This document shows, piece after piece, positions 50,937 through 63,020 of a stretch of DNA of 64,000 bases (position 1 is its first letter; the number at the start of each line of letters is the position of its first letter). The stretch comes from Syncephalis fuscata S228 (taxonomy: Eukaryota; Fungi; Zoopagomycota), in NCBI GenBank assembly GCA_025786725.1, contig JAHLTZ010000013.1, positions 124,001 to 188,000 on the forward strand. The letters run 5' to 3'. The position numbers and the translations under genes are program-made. The notes under the pieces were generated by a model. That model did no database searches and was not told the DNA's origin. It saw only the letters and a list, made by a program, of their open reading frames with translations.

Positions 50937-53900
50937 TTATTCACGCGGGACAGTCTCGGTATTAGGTGGTGGTGTTGTTTTGGACGGCAATTCAACAATA
51001 TTGCTATGATTAGAATGATTTGTAATTGCCAATGGCTGCTGTTTACGGAATGGATGTTGCGGGTACATTTCTCGCCATGCTTGTCTAAGCATCACCGGTG
51101 GTCGATTGCGTAATACACGAGCATTTAATAATTTGAATTTACGACCAAAATGAGCAACGCCCTATCAAATAAATATAATCAATAATTTAATCTTTGTACA
51201 TTTTATATTAGTTACCTTGCGTAGCTTTTCTTCCTCTTCAAGTGAGAGTGCTTTAACACGCATTAGATGCCAATCTTTAACCGGATTACTTGGATAGCGA
51301 CGTGATTTTAGATTACTAAATCGCGTGGCTAATTGCTTGGCTGTCATATTTGGCAATAGATGTGATCGTATACTATGCCAGTCATCGCCGTAAGCGTGTA
51401 ATCCGATAAGTAGCAGTGCATCTTGTGCCGGAAAGAAGGATGTACGTGCTCGAGTATTAGCTAATTAATAACAAATTAAATTAGATTAAAGCAATATTAG
51501 CTTAATTGTTCGATTACTTACCACAAATAATCTGTGGTACAAGTGCCTTATCAAATATGGTAGAAAAGGCTCGATTGAGTTCTTGTAAGCTTTTAGGTAG
51601 ACATAAAGGCTTATTCTCATGGGCTTCCCAAAAGAATTGTGCCTTATCGCCATCTTTACCAACCGGGATTCGACGACGACGACGTACTGGCTTGCCCATA
51701 TCACGTACAAACTGCATATCATCAGGGCCTTGTGGTAGTGGTGCCGTGATCCATTCGGTAACTATATCAAGACCAATTGTATCGTGAAGGGAAGGAAAAG
51801 CCACAGTACGCTCTTTATTCTCCGCAGCCGGTGTTGTTGTTGTTGTTACTAATGTTGTCGATGTTGTTGCTTGTTCCTTCAATCGAACTAGCGTCATGAG
51901 CTGATGACGCCAATGATCAAGCATTTCATTATTGTTCTCGCCACGCATTTGTCGTTCAACCGTATATGACTGCATCAACAATTGCAAATTATTCTCTTGC
52001 TGACGACGAAGCAACTGCAATTGATCAATGGTAAATAAATAGTTGTCAGCCCGGGCATAACACGCCTCAAGTGTTACACGGCCAGTAGCTGTAACATCTT
52101 CATCATCTGAACCAACATCCATTACAAGATCTTGATATTCTCGCTTAGAGATAATGGCATTGCGATCACGGCGAAACTCTTCGCTTTGATCGTTTAATAC
52201 CTGGGCATCAGCTGTAAACTCACAATCTTCATCGGCATCATCCAGTAATTGTTGACTATTCGAGGTAACTGGCAAATCATTAGGGGTCATTAATGATTCA
52301 AGAAATTGTAAATATTCAATATTGTCTGGATCATCAGCCAATACCGACGTAGTAGCCGTATTATTACTATTAGCCAAATTACCGTTAATACTAGTGACAT
52401 TTTCTGTAAGTTGATCTATTTCTAATAGATTGGGTATATCAATATCATCAGTAACCTCGTCCAACTCTTCACCAGGTGCCATTATCATATCAGGAGTAAG
52501 GCCGATTAATGAAGGATGAGCATTAGAGTCCATATTTGTCAACGGCTGTTGAGCAAGAATATAATTTGACAAATCATCATCAATACCTCCTAAATCTCCC
52601 AAATAAAATGGATTAGCAATTGAATCAAAAGGCAATAAAGGAGAATCCTCTTCAATTGATGTACATGGCTTCATTGATTGTTGTTGTTCATTATTATTCT
52701 CTTCTACGCTTCCTTCCTCTTCTTCCTTTAATTTATGACCTTGTATCGCCTTTGTCTTATCTTGTATCGATACCGTTGCATTTAATGTATCCATAGCTGC
52801 TGTAGATTGTAGATGAGTCATACTGGTTAGTAGATCGAATAAAGCACGAGATGTATCATTATTAGAATTGGTATTAGTATTATCCGTGGTAGCTAATAAT
52901 GCATTCATTGTAGTAAGTTGTGATTTAACTAGATCATCAGTTAACATAACATCTCCACAAGATTGATGTTTAAAATGCATATCAGTTGCATTTGGTGAAT
53001 GTTGATGTGACTGTTCCGACTCAGATACAATTGGATCAGTGGCCATGTGTGATGGATCAGTGGCAGTTGATAGATTATCTGGATCAATAGACTTTAACAT
53101 ATCGGCTGTAGTTGGTGCCAATCCCAGTGCTGTCAATAGTTCAAGCTGTGTATTTAATGTATCTGTTAATGTAGCCGTTTCAGTTGATTGGTTAGTATCA
53201 TCATTGGGTATAAATGCGCTGGTCAACATGGTTGGTAGCATTGATCGAGAAGTATTATCTACAGTTGGATTGGCCATCAATGGCTGATGACTAGTAGTTT
53301 GTGTGTTGTTGTTGCTGTTACTATTATTACGTTGTTCACGAGCCTCCATTACTTTTGATATAACCTTTCCCATAATATCCCAAGTACTTGACCCCATATG
53401 AATATCGCCTTTATCAAAAAGATCATTGGCTACTGCAGCATAAACAGTTTCTCTATCTAACAAATAACCATCAACCAAAAGTGTGTTGCTATTACCACTG
53501 TTACTATTGCTGTGTTGTTGTTGTTGTTGTTGTTGTTGTTATAATTTAACGATGGGTCATTCAATGATACAGTTGGTAATAGTGAATTAGATTCAAAATA
53601 CTCTCCAGGTAAATCAGATAATGTATGTGGATCGGTCAATTCAATAAAATCATTAAAATCATCTTGTTGACTATCCTGGTTATAAAAGTATTGATCAGGA
53701 TCGGTCATAATACCAAAATCATCTTCACGAGTTAAACTACGTTTACGGTTGGATTGTTTATAAAGTGTATCAACTCGTGTTGTATCGATTGAAGTGGCTG
53801 AAGTTGTTATTGCTGTTGTTGTCGTTGTTGGTGAATCAATAGGAAATGTACAGTCACGCGGCGATACACTTGATAGTGGTGTTGAATAGCGTTCGGTCTT

Positions 53901-55612
53901 TAGGCGAAGATCATGTATACGCTTGGTACGTTTACTGCCACTATAATTAGATCCAATACTATCAGATCGACGAACAGGTGAACTAAGTATTTGGCGACCA
54001 GGTAGAGTTAATGTTGAAGTTGCTGAAGTAGGTGCCCGTGTATAATTCGACTGATTCTGTTGCTGTCTATTACGTTGAATATCCATAGCAGGTGGCAATA
54101 TAAGACCACCATCATTAGCATCATAACTTGTACGGCCACTCTTTCTACACTCATGGCCAATGTCGTCGAGTCGAACATCGCTATTGGAACGGGAAAAAGT
54201 ACCAATAGGTGGATATTTAATTGATCGGGTATTTGACCGTCCACTATCACGCTGCTGTCCCTCTGTATTCAGTGTAGCTGCATCCATGTTCTTTGATTTA
54301 TACAATGGAGGAAAAGCAAGTTTGGCAGCATGATTTGCATTAGTAGGCAGATTGGCTTGTGAAGATGATGAATTAGACATCGCCCGTTTAGTGCTTGATT
54401 TTGTTTCAGGTGATCGGTACAATTTAGCTGGTAGCGGTTGCTGAGTGGATAAACGTAATAGTTGCTTTGATGTCTCAGATGCACCTGATTGACGAGAGGT
54501 GAAATTGGCCATTTGAGCATTTAATGTGGCCAATGTACCGGCTGGTGCCACTGGAACTGCGTCATTTAATCGACGAGTAGCACCACCAGCCCGCATTTTA
54601 ACCAATTGAGAGGCAAGAAATTCATCGGCTCGTCTAAATAATCCTGCTGGTATAGGAGCACCTGTTTCAGTAGATAAGGCCAGTTCATTACGGGTAAGCC
54701 GTTGCTGCTGTTGCTGTTGCTGTTGCTGTCGGCGCCGTTGAGTAGCACGATGACTATTGCCATTCGTACTAACATTACTATGTATGCTAGATAGTCGATT
54801 AACTGACGATGGAGGCGCGGGAACAATTGGTCTAGTCGATGAAGTAGAAGTGGGGGCAGGAGCAATAAATGCCAGTTCACTTGATGTTGTTGTCGATGTA
54901 TTTGTACTATTGTATTTCTTTGACATTGGCAATAATGGTGGTAAATGCGATGATTGTCGTGGCATATTTGATCGATTAATGGGCCGTACAGTATTATCCA
55001 GATAATAATGAGCCACTTGGTTCCAACGACGTTGACATTGTAATGCACTGCGTCCTGGCATTTGAGAGGCAATACTAATCCAATTCTCACCGTGCGACTC
55101 ACATATTCACGTAGTTTATTATCTTCTTCAAATGACCAGCGCCCACGTCGATTGCCATTTGTACTAGTACTGGTGGCGGTAGTAGTAGCAGTAGTAGTAG
55201 TAGCTGCAGCAGTAGTAATATGACCACTATTACTGCTCTCAACTATAGGCATTGGCAATAAGCAATGAGATGGTTTGGACCTTATAGCGCTTGTTATGGA
55301 TGCATGTACAGTATTATCGCATTGATCATTCTTGCTATAAAGGCGTGATGTTGCCATAGATTCACCATTTGTATTTGTCCGTATATTGCTGTTATTACGA
55401 TGCATAGTACTGATATCGCCCAAGGGCATTTGACGAGCTACACGCGATGCTGTCGGTGAAGATAAAAGCATTGAATCGGGCGTAAGACGGTTAAGGTGAT
55501 TGTCCTCCAATGTTGGATCATTTTCGACATCTTCATCGACGACCATACTTGTAGGTGGAAGCATCAGCGCTGTAGCCATGGATGCTGTGTTCTTTTGAGA
55601 AACAGACGACAT
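50937..55612 (-). CDS. Large Myb/SANT-domain protein with GON4L/YY1AP-like C-terminal region (two apparent frameshifts, two 3' introns)
   Basis: RGRWSFEEDNKL..HGENWISIASQMPGRSALQCQRRW; acidic region with ISKRE..L and FTIDQLQLLRRQ..QLLMQ; FFPAQDALLLIGL..LLPNMTAKQL..NPVK; LSLEEEEKLRKGV. Confidence 0.8.
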
Positions 55613-56941
55613 GTTACATGTGCCTGTTTATAATATCAATTAAGAATCAACAATCTCGTACAATCTGGCTATAATTAAGCAAGTAGCAGTCCAATAGCTA
55701 TTGATTAGACGTGCATATATCAAAGATTTATCGCTTACAATAGATGGCTAAACGTAATACCAAAGATGACCATGTAGTAAGATAATAGTTTGCACAGAGT
55801 AGAAACGCGTCAATCCACCAATATAGACAATCTTAATAACACCGTCAACTACTGATATACACGAATAGCTACACAACAATTGGTGTGCAGCTATGTGTTG
55901 ATCAAAAAGAAAAAGAGTTGAAAGAAAGAAGGTGTCGTTTGTTTAGATTAGACAGATAAAAGGTGATAAAAGACGTAAAAGAGTAGTGGCAAAATAGCCA
56001 ATCCATTGAATATAAATGGATAACGCGTAACTCTCGCGTTTCTACACTCCATTCCACACAAATACACAAATACACAAATAAAAATCATTTTTACGTTCAC
56101 TTTATTAATTATTATTAATCAGTTAATTATTTGATAGATTTTCTTTTTATCTATTAATACGTATGTTGATTACTCTTTTAACAAAAAAATTGTCAAATTA
56201 AATAATTATTACACTATCTATTATTTGTATATTTATATACACATATACATTGTTTAATAATGGTATTATTTAGACTGTCTATATAAAATTTTAGTCTAAT
56301 ATGTCCAGCCAATTTGACTGTTTAATAGCAAAGTATTACACCACGAATAATCATATATGTAATTATACTAATTCATGATAATACTAATATAAACAATTTA
56401 TTATAAATTACATTGAAACTCTAATATTAAATCCAGTAACATTAATACCTTTCAAATACGTGCTATGAATCTATAGATTAATAATATTATTTATAAAATC
56501 TAAATAACAGTATTCGGATTATTACATGGCTATTTAAAATATGACGGTGTTTTAATTGTTATTTATTATTCCATAGTGGCAGGCTAACGGAGATTTAAAT
56601 ATTAATGCAGCCCCATAATTTATATGCAGGCAAGTAATAATAATTTAAAACAAGCCTATTTTAATAACTATCCTGTCTACACTGTCAGTCATGTTTGCTG
56701 TAATACAGGCCCCACACACGGCCACATAAAAGTCAAACACAAACATGCACACATATAGAATAAAGAAAGTCATAGGCAGCGTGAGTGTGGACTAGAATGA
56801 ACACACGCCAAACAACAATGTGTACTTGTCCCTTTTCAGGCCTTACAAAGATACAACACTTTTCGGTCCTTCCTTCTCCTTGTGGGCTTCTTATTTTATT
56901 TACTCCTTCTCCTTCTCCTACTTCTCCTACCTCTTTACATC

Positions 56942-59746
56942 ATGCTGTTTGCCTTAATACTATTCATCTTTGTACTTTTCTTTGAGGCACAAGTCGGTGT
57001 TGAAGCCTCACTGCCATTACTACAATGGATAAATTATAATGCCTATATTGTAGGCGATCGACCACCACCTCGTTATGATTTTGCTATGGGCTACGATGCT
57101 CGGCGTAAATTTGTCTATATATTTGGTGGACGTACCGCGGCCAATGTTCCACTCGACGATACTTGGATTCTTGAAGTGTCGTCGTTTACGTGGCGCCGTC
57201 CCGTCGCTACACTAACTACTCGTCCACCCGCCCGCTATGCCGCCGTTGCTGGTATGGATCAGCCGGGTGACCAGAGCCGCGATTCATTCGTCGTTGGTCT
57301 CGGTGAAGGCCAGGCAGGCGCATTTGACGACATCTGGTCGCTTGACCTTAACAATGAACAGTGGTTTGCCGTCACAGTTAATGGCACTGGACCAGGTCGG
57401 GTAGCCGGTGCTGTTGGCGGCGTTGATATTACAAACAAAGATCCAACGCAAAGTCTCGTTGTAGTTGGTGGTGTCGGCACCAATAATGGCGGTGGTATTG
57501 ACGGCGATGAACGTATTAGCGGTACTATGAATAAAGTGTATTCACTTACACTGACCGGTAACTGGGTAAGACAGCAGTTTTATGGTCAATGGACAGAAAT
57601 GCCATTAGCAGCTGGATCAGAATTACCATCATGTAAGTTAACTATATATAATAAAATACTAAATATATTAATTGCTAATATATTAATATCGATAGTACGT
57701 AGAAATATGGGTGGTGCAGTGACATCCAACTCCAGAGTGGCTGTATTTGGTGGCTGTACAAGTAAAGCGCTGGTTGATTGTCCCATTCAAGCAGCGAGTA
57801 TTCTTTCTTTTCACGATCAAATAACAGAGGTTGCTAAACGTGGCGCGCCTACTTGGAGTCCAGCCAACGACTGTTTTGCTCCGCGTTTCAGTCCCACCGT
57901 GGTTAAATCGCCTAATACTAATTATCAAAACCAATTTTTTGTCTATGGCGGCGCCGGTTCTCCATTAAATGGCAACGGGGCCAATGGTGAAGTAGGCCTA
58001 TTGGACGGCGATACAGGCATGTGGTCTATATTAAAGCCGGCACCTAGTAAAGATAATAGCGGATATCCATCTACGCGCTATGGTGCACGAATGATCACCA
58101 CAACAGGTGTTGTCACTCTACATACATCAGTTAGCGGCAGTGATATTATTCTATTCGGTGGCTATTCATTAGATCCTAATAAGCAAGGCGTGGCATTGCA
58201 AGATACATGGATTCTACGCGTATTTGACAAAAGTATAGAATCATCTGCTGGACAAGTAAAAGCACAAGCCACCGATACAACCGATGGTGTGGCAAACGCA
58301 GCAGCTACAAATGCCACCACAGCTGCTGGACCGCCACTAAGTGGGCCCGCTGTTGATGGTGGCCGTTTATTGGATCAGACAGATGGTTCAAACATTAATA
58401 CACAAATACTTGGCTGTCCATATGTACGTAATCCAGTGGCTGAACATGCTATTTGGATGACTAGCGGTGTAGCTTTATTACCTATTGCTATTTCAGTTAT
58501 GCGATATACAAAGCCTATTGGTGTATCACCTCGACGTTATTACATCATCTATGGCTTATTGATGCTTGCTTCACTGGGATTCACCGCTTATGGTATTATT
58601 ATTGCTATACTTATGCTCGGTGGATCCAATAGCCAACAGCCATTTGGCCATTTACGGGTTATCCATTCAATTGTTGGTCTAATCCTACTTATTCTAGCCT
58701 GGATATTTATTCCACTATTCTCGGCTCTGCTTAGTGTAATTATAGGGGCTATGCGTCGTCGAGCTGCACTCATTGCCGGCCAAGATGTACATGAGATCAA
58801 CTTTGATGAATATTCACAGCGTCATCTTGGTCATGGCGAATGGACACGTAATAGTATAGACGAGGATACCCATTCATCAACCAGTGCCAATAACGACTAT
58901 AACAATAACAATAATAATAGACCAAATGGCGACAATGACAATAATGAAGATAATGAAGATGGCGGTGGTGGATTCCAAGTATTAAATCGACCAGGTTCAC
59001 AGCGATCACGTCGGTCAATTCCTAGTGCTTATGGCGGCTTTGCACGCACATCTATTGAATTACGACGTGATTCGTATCGATTTAATCCAGTCAATACACT
59101 TGCTGCCCTTTATGCTCAACAACCAGTGCCCGATGCCGTACCCACTTTTGGTCCTGATAATCCACATCCCGGTACACTTGCTGCCTTGCAGATTGTGACA
59201 CGGTGGCGACGTATTCACCATCTTTACTCGCACTTGGTCTTTTTAGCATTGCAACTAGTAGTGTTGGTTGCACTTTTTGTCTATGTACCATCCCTTGGCT
59301 ATTTCGGCGGCTATTTAGGCTTTGTTCTAGCCTTCTATGTAGCATGGATTGTCGCCGCTTGGTTTGGCTACCCACGTCGTAGCTTACTCGCCAGTCTACT
59401 GCATATGGTAGGTGGTCGTGGTCATCCACCCTCGCGCACTACCGAACACGACCCACACGGCACGATTGATCCCTATGGTGTGGCCGGGCTTTACGCCGAC
59501 AACGACAAAGCGATGGCCACTGCTACTTATGGCCGACCATCTGTTGCGGGTAGTGGACGGGCCCGTCTCTCGGTTGATCCTATTACGGCTGCAGCAATGG
59601 GACTTGGTTCTCTTCAATCGCCACTTACAGAAGACCAGGACGAGGATGATAGCCGGCGTCAAGAACGCATGGAACAAGAAATGGCCGGTCGTGACGTCGT
59701 TATCATGACGATTCCTAAACGCCGACTAACCGTTGTCAATGCATAA
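56942..59746 (+). CDS. Membrane protein with extracellular Kelch repeats and a cytochrome-b561-like TM region (probable in-frame intron ~57633-57695)
   Basis: Signal peptide; repeated PPxR..(F/Y)GG..D.W Kelch motifs; about 6 TM segments with EHAIWM, IHSIVG, WRRIHH. Confidence 0.75.
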   Translation: MLFALILFIFVLFFEAQVGVEASLPLLQWINYNAYIVGDRPPPRYDFAMGYDARRKFVYIFGGRTAANVPLDDTWILEVSSFTWRRPVATLTTRPPARYAAVAGMDQPGDQSRDSFVVGLGEGQAGAFDDIWSLDLNNEQWFAVTVNGTGPGRVAGAVGGVDITNKDPTQSLVVVGGVGTNNGGGIDGDERISGTMNKVYSLTLTGNWVRQQFYGQWTEMPLAAGSELPSCKLTIYNKILNILIANILISIVRRNMGGAVTSNSRVAVFGGCTSKALVDCPIQAASILSFHDQITEVAKRGAPTWSPANDCFAPRFSPTVVKSPNTNYQNQFFVYGGAGSPLNGNGANGEVGLLDGDTGMWSILKPAPSKDNSGYPSTRYGARMITTTGVVTLHTSVSGSDIILFGGYSLDPNKQGVALQDTWILRVFDKSIESSAGQVKAQATDTTDGVANAAATNATTAAGPPLSGPAVDGGRLLDQTDGSNINTQILGCPYVRNPVAEHAIWMTSGVALLPIAISVMRYTKPIGVSPRRYYIIYGLLMLASLGFTAYGIIIAILMLGGSNSQQPFGHLRVIHSIVGLILLILAWIFIPLFSALLSVIIGAMRRRAALIAGQDVHEINFDEYSQRHLGHGEWTRNSIDEDTHSSTSANNDYNNNNNNRPNGDNDNNEDNEDGGGGFQVLNRPGSQRSRRSIPSAYGGFARTSIELRRDSYRFNPVNTLAALYAQQPVPDAVPTFGPDNPHPGTLAALQIVTRWRRIHHLYSHLVFLALQLVVLVALFVYVPSLGYFGGYLGFVLAFYVAWIVAAWFGYPRRSLLASLLHMVGGRGHPPSRTTEHDPHGTIDPYGVAGLYADNDKAMATATYGRPSVAGSGRARLSVDPITAAAMGLGSLQSPLTEDQDEDDSRRQERMEQEMAGRDVVIMTIPKRRLTVVNA

Positions 59747-60758
59747 CTGTATTGTTGATCGATCCATTAGTATATTATATCAGTTCCCCTTTACACTATT
59801 TAACTATTTAATTCTAATGTACAATTATAACTATTTTACATTAACAGTTTTATTTATCTTCTCGTCTTTCTTTTTATTTCTCTCGTTTTATTATAAATAA
59901 ATTGATTTATTTAGTTTAATTGATAATACGTTATGATCAAATGTAATAACATGATTGACACCCAGTCACTTTGCAATCACATGGCCCATTCCCCTCTTCA
60001 TCCATCTATCCATCTATATCTAACTATCCTTATCAGTCAATTGATCAGCCACGTGTACTCCACTCATTTACACACACACACATATAAAATATGCCCACAA
60101 AATACGCCCATTCTAACTAGCTTTTTACAGCACCGTATTATTAACAACATGCTATTATTTAACTAGTTCATATCATGATGACATAGAAGTATAAACACAT
60201 TGATAATACCGGTAATACTTGTGGTCGTGCCTCCTTTTAACACTCGTTTTGTAGTTTACCAAGACAAGTACCTTCTCTTTTCTCTTTTACTCTGTGCCCT
60301 CTTTAGTATATGGTTTGTTGGCTATTCTATTGTCTAATACTTGTTAACCACTTTTATTTACGTATTTACGCTTCAATAGTCCACACTTGAGAGTGAAACA
60401 GCTATACAAAGCGAAGAACAATTATTGCTTTCTTTTGTTTTAAAACTTTTTTGGTTTATTTGGGTTTTTGTCATTACTGTTATTACTATCTACAAACGTT
60501 CTTTTGTAACAACAATACACTTATAGAATTGTTGACATTTATTGGGCTGCTATCTGTTGCAGTAAGCTATTCCTACTTTACATACTAAGACCCATATTCA
60601 TAGGACTTGGCATAGCTAGATTAGATACACGGTTACTGACGATACTAGCAGTATACGCTGTATAAAGCGCTCTCTTCCTGACAACTACTACTCTATTGGT
60701 GCTATTACCTCCACTGCTATTACTGTTTGCAGCTACAAGCAATCTATCTGTAGGCACA

Positions 60759-62765
60759 ATGTGGCGTTCTATGTATATGAGTGGTAGCAGCGGCAGTAGT
60801 AATGGCCGAACTATTCTATCAACACCATATCATCGTATTATGGCTCGTCCAGTGCAACGTGTTATGTTGCAACATGTCCATCGAGCCAATTTAGCCCGTG
60901 TTTCCCTACGTGGCTCGGTCATTGATCGTAATAATGGGTCTGATGATTATGTCGACTCGGTATTGCCACCCATGTCAGCATTTACTTCACAGCAAGTAGT
61001 GGCAAAACCAAACAGCAATCATGATGATCGTCGTTGTACAACAAATAACCAGCATAGTAGCTGCAATGATAGCAATGGTAATAACAGTAATAACAACAAC
61101 AATAACAATCCATATGCAACATCGTCTTTACTTGGATGGGATGGTACTGGTGCAGATACTATAACCAATATGAATACACATAATCCTAGCACTTCTACAG
61201 CCACAACTAGTAAAGGTACAGAACTAGTTTCACAAACGAATAACAGCACAATGACCAATGAACAACGACAATGGAGCAATTTGGCGGCAGAAGCTGCTGC
61301 GGCCGATTCGGCAGCACGCCAACACTTTTATCGCAATCGTGTACTTGAACGCTATGCCGATCGACCTGTGCATCCAGTTACTATTCGTCAGCTGGTCTTC
61401 TTTGGACGCACACTTGATGACGACAAGCTAATACGGTCGGCTAATTATGTACGCACAGAGATTCCTGTTCGTTTAGCACATCGTATTCGTGATTTCCAAC
61501 GCTTACCGTATATTATTGGCGTGAATCGACATATTGCTACCGTTTACGGCCTTTACTGGAAAGCATTTGATGCATTACGCCGTATACCACCCATCCGTAC
61601 ACTGGCCGATAACGAACTATTCTGTCAACAAGTGGAAGAATTAATACAAGAGCATCTAATTGTTATTCCTCAATTGGCCATGGGTGTACGTGAATCACGT
61701 AGCTATTTCCTGCCTGGTGATGCTGATCGATTTATGAATGCATCATTACGTAGTCGTGTATCAAGACGGGTACTGGCTGAACAGCATTTAGCACTCACCC
61801 GACAATTTAACGAAGAAGGTCGGCCAGCACCTGATGGTCGCTATATTGGCCTAGTGGATACACGGTGTCGAGCTGGGCAATTGGTCGCTCGATGTGTACG
61901 TACAGCGGGTATGCTTACTCGACAAGAATTTGGCTTGCCACCTGCACCGATGATGGCCAATGGATTTGGCATCGATAGTCAAGGGGTGGCCGACGAAGAT
62001 ACCGACGGCTTTATCTACGAGAGAAATACACCATTTACGCATACGATTCGTTATCGTAGTGCACTAGGCGGTCTAGTTGGTGTTAGTGCCGCAGATATGG
62101 CTGCTGCCGATGCAGCCGCTGAAGCTAAAGAAGCATCCCGATTTGCCTGTCGTAATGGCATGCTACTTACCGATGCTGCCGATAACACGAACGATGGCCA
62201 AGTCCCTTCAGTCATTGCTGATGGTCATCTAGCCACAGTATTTGCCTGTATTCCCGATCACGTTGAATATGCACTTCATGAACTATTACGCAATGCTATG
62301 CGGGCCTCACTTCGACAACGACGCTGTGCCGCTGAGGCTAATCCATCGGCTGCCGAGTCACCTTTTCCACCTATTCGCGTTACGGTGGCTGAAGGGCCGG
62401 CCGATCTTATCTTCCGTGTATCTGATCAAGGTGGCGGTATTAGCAGCCGTGACTGTGCACGTCTCTGGCATTTTGGCAGTGATGGATTTAGAGCATTTGA
62501 AACGGTACCCGAATTGGCCGGCAAAGTTGGTGAAGAAGCAGCCCGTCCTCACGTCCGTCTTGGTATTGGTCTATTAATGGCGCGTGTCTACGCCGAATAC
62601 TGGGGTGGCGGTCTTGATCTACAAAGTATGCCCGGTTGGGGAGTAGATGCTCATTTACGAGTAAGTAAATTGGGCAACCGTATGGAGAATTTAGGCGAAG
62701 TAATGCCATCACCAGATACAGCACAGCCATCACTTCAACATCACAATTCTTCTCGGCTATCCTAA
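60759..62765 (+). CDS. Mitochondrial PDK/BCKDK-family (GHKL) protein kinase
   Basis: Arg/Ser-rich presequence; SANYVRTEIPVRLAHRIRDFQRLP, SRVSRRVLAEQH, ELLRNAMRA, SDQGGGI, RLGIGL..YAEYWGG, GWGVD. Confidence 0.93.
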   Translation: MWRSMYMSGSSGSSNGRTILSTPYHRIMARPVQRVMLQHVHRANLARVSLRGSVIDRNNGSDDYVDSVLPPMSAFTSQQVVAKPNSNHDDRRCTTNNQHSSCNDSNGNNSNNNNNNNPYATSSLLGWDGTGADTITNMNTHNPSTSTATTSKGTELVSQTNNSTMTNEQRQWSNLAAEAAAADSAARQHFYRNRVLERYADRPVHPVTIRQLVFFGRTLDDDKLIRSANYVRTEIPVRLAHRIRDFQRLPYIIGVNRHIATVYGLYWKAFDALRRIPPIRTLADNELFCQQVEELIQEHLIVIPQLAMGVRESRSYFLPGDADRFMNASLRSRVSRRVLAEQHLALTRQFNEEGRPAPDGRYIGLVDTRCRAGQLVARCVRTAGMLTRQEFGLPPAPMMANGFGIDSQGVADEDTDGFIYERNTPFTHTIRYRSALGGLVGVSAADMAAADAAAEAKEASRFACRNGMLLTDAADNTNDGQVPSVIADGHLATVFACIPDHVEYALHELLRNAMRASLRQRRCAAEANPSAAESPFPPIRVTVAEGPADLIFRVSDQGGGISSRDCARLWHFGSDGFRAFETVPELAGKVGEEAARPHVRLGIGLLMARVYAEYWGGGLDLQSMPGWGVDAHLRVSKLGNRMENLGEVMPSPDTAQPSLQHHNSSRLS

Positions 62766-63020
62766 TTTGATTTAGTTATAACAACGATATGACAATGACA
62801 ACTCTATTATTATTATTATTGCTATTACTATTATTCTTGCTATTATTATAATAGTATCACAGTCATATCGTTATTTTTTATTATTCAGTCCTTTTCTTTC
62901 TCATGTCTCTAATGTTTATTGTGTGCCCACATTTCTTTCATTTTTGTCTTTCTAATAAATCAATTTTATTCATTTTATTGAATCGATACATATCCTTTCA
63001 TTATTATTGGTAATGCTTAT

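Noticed and set aside
62989-62998. Additional ATATCCTT motifs (also ~20669)
   Set aside because: Intergenic or UTR positions with no interrupted reading frame to restore
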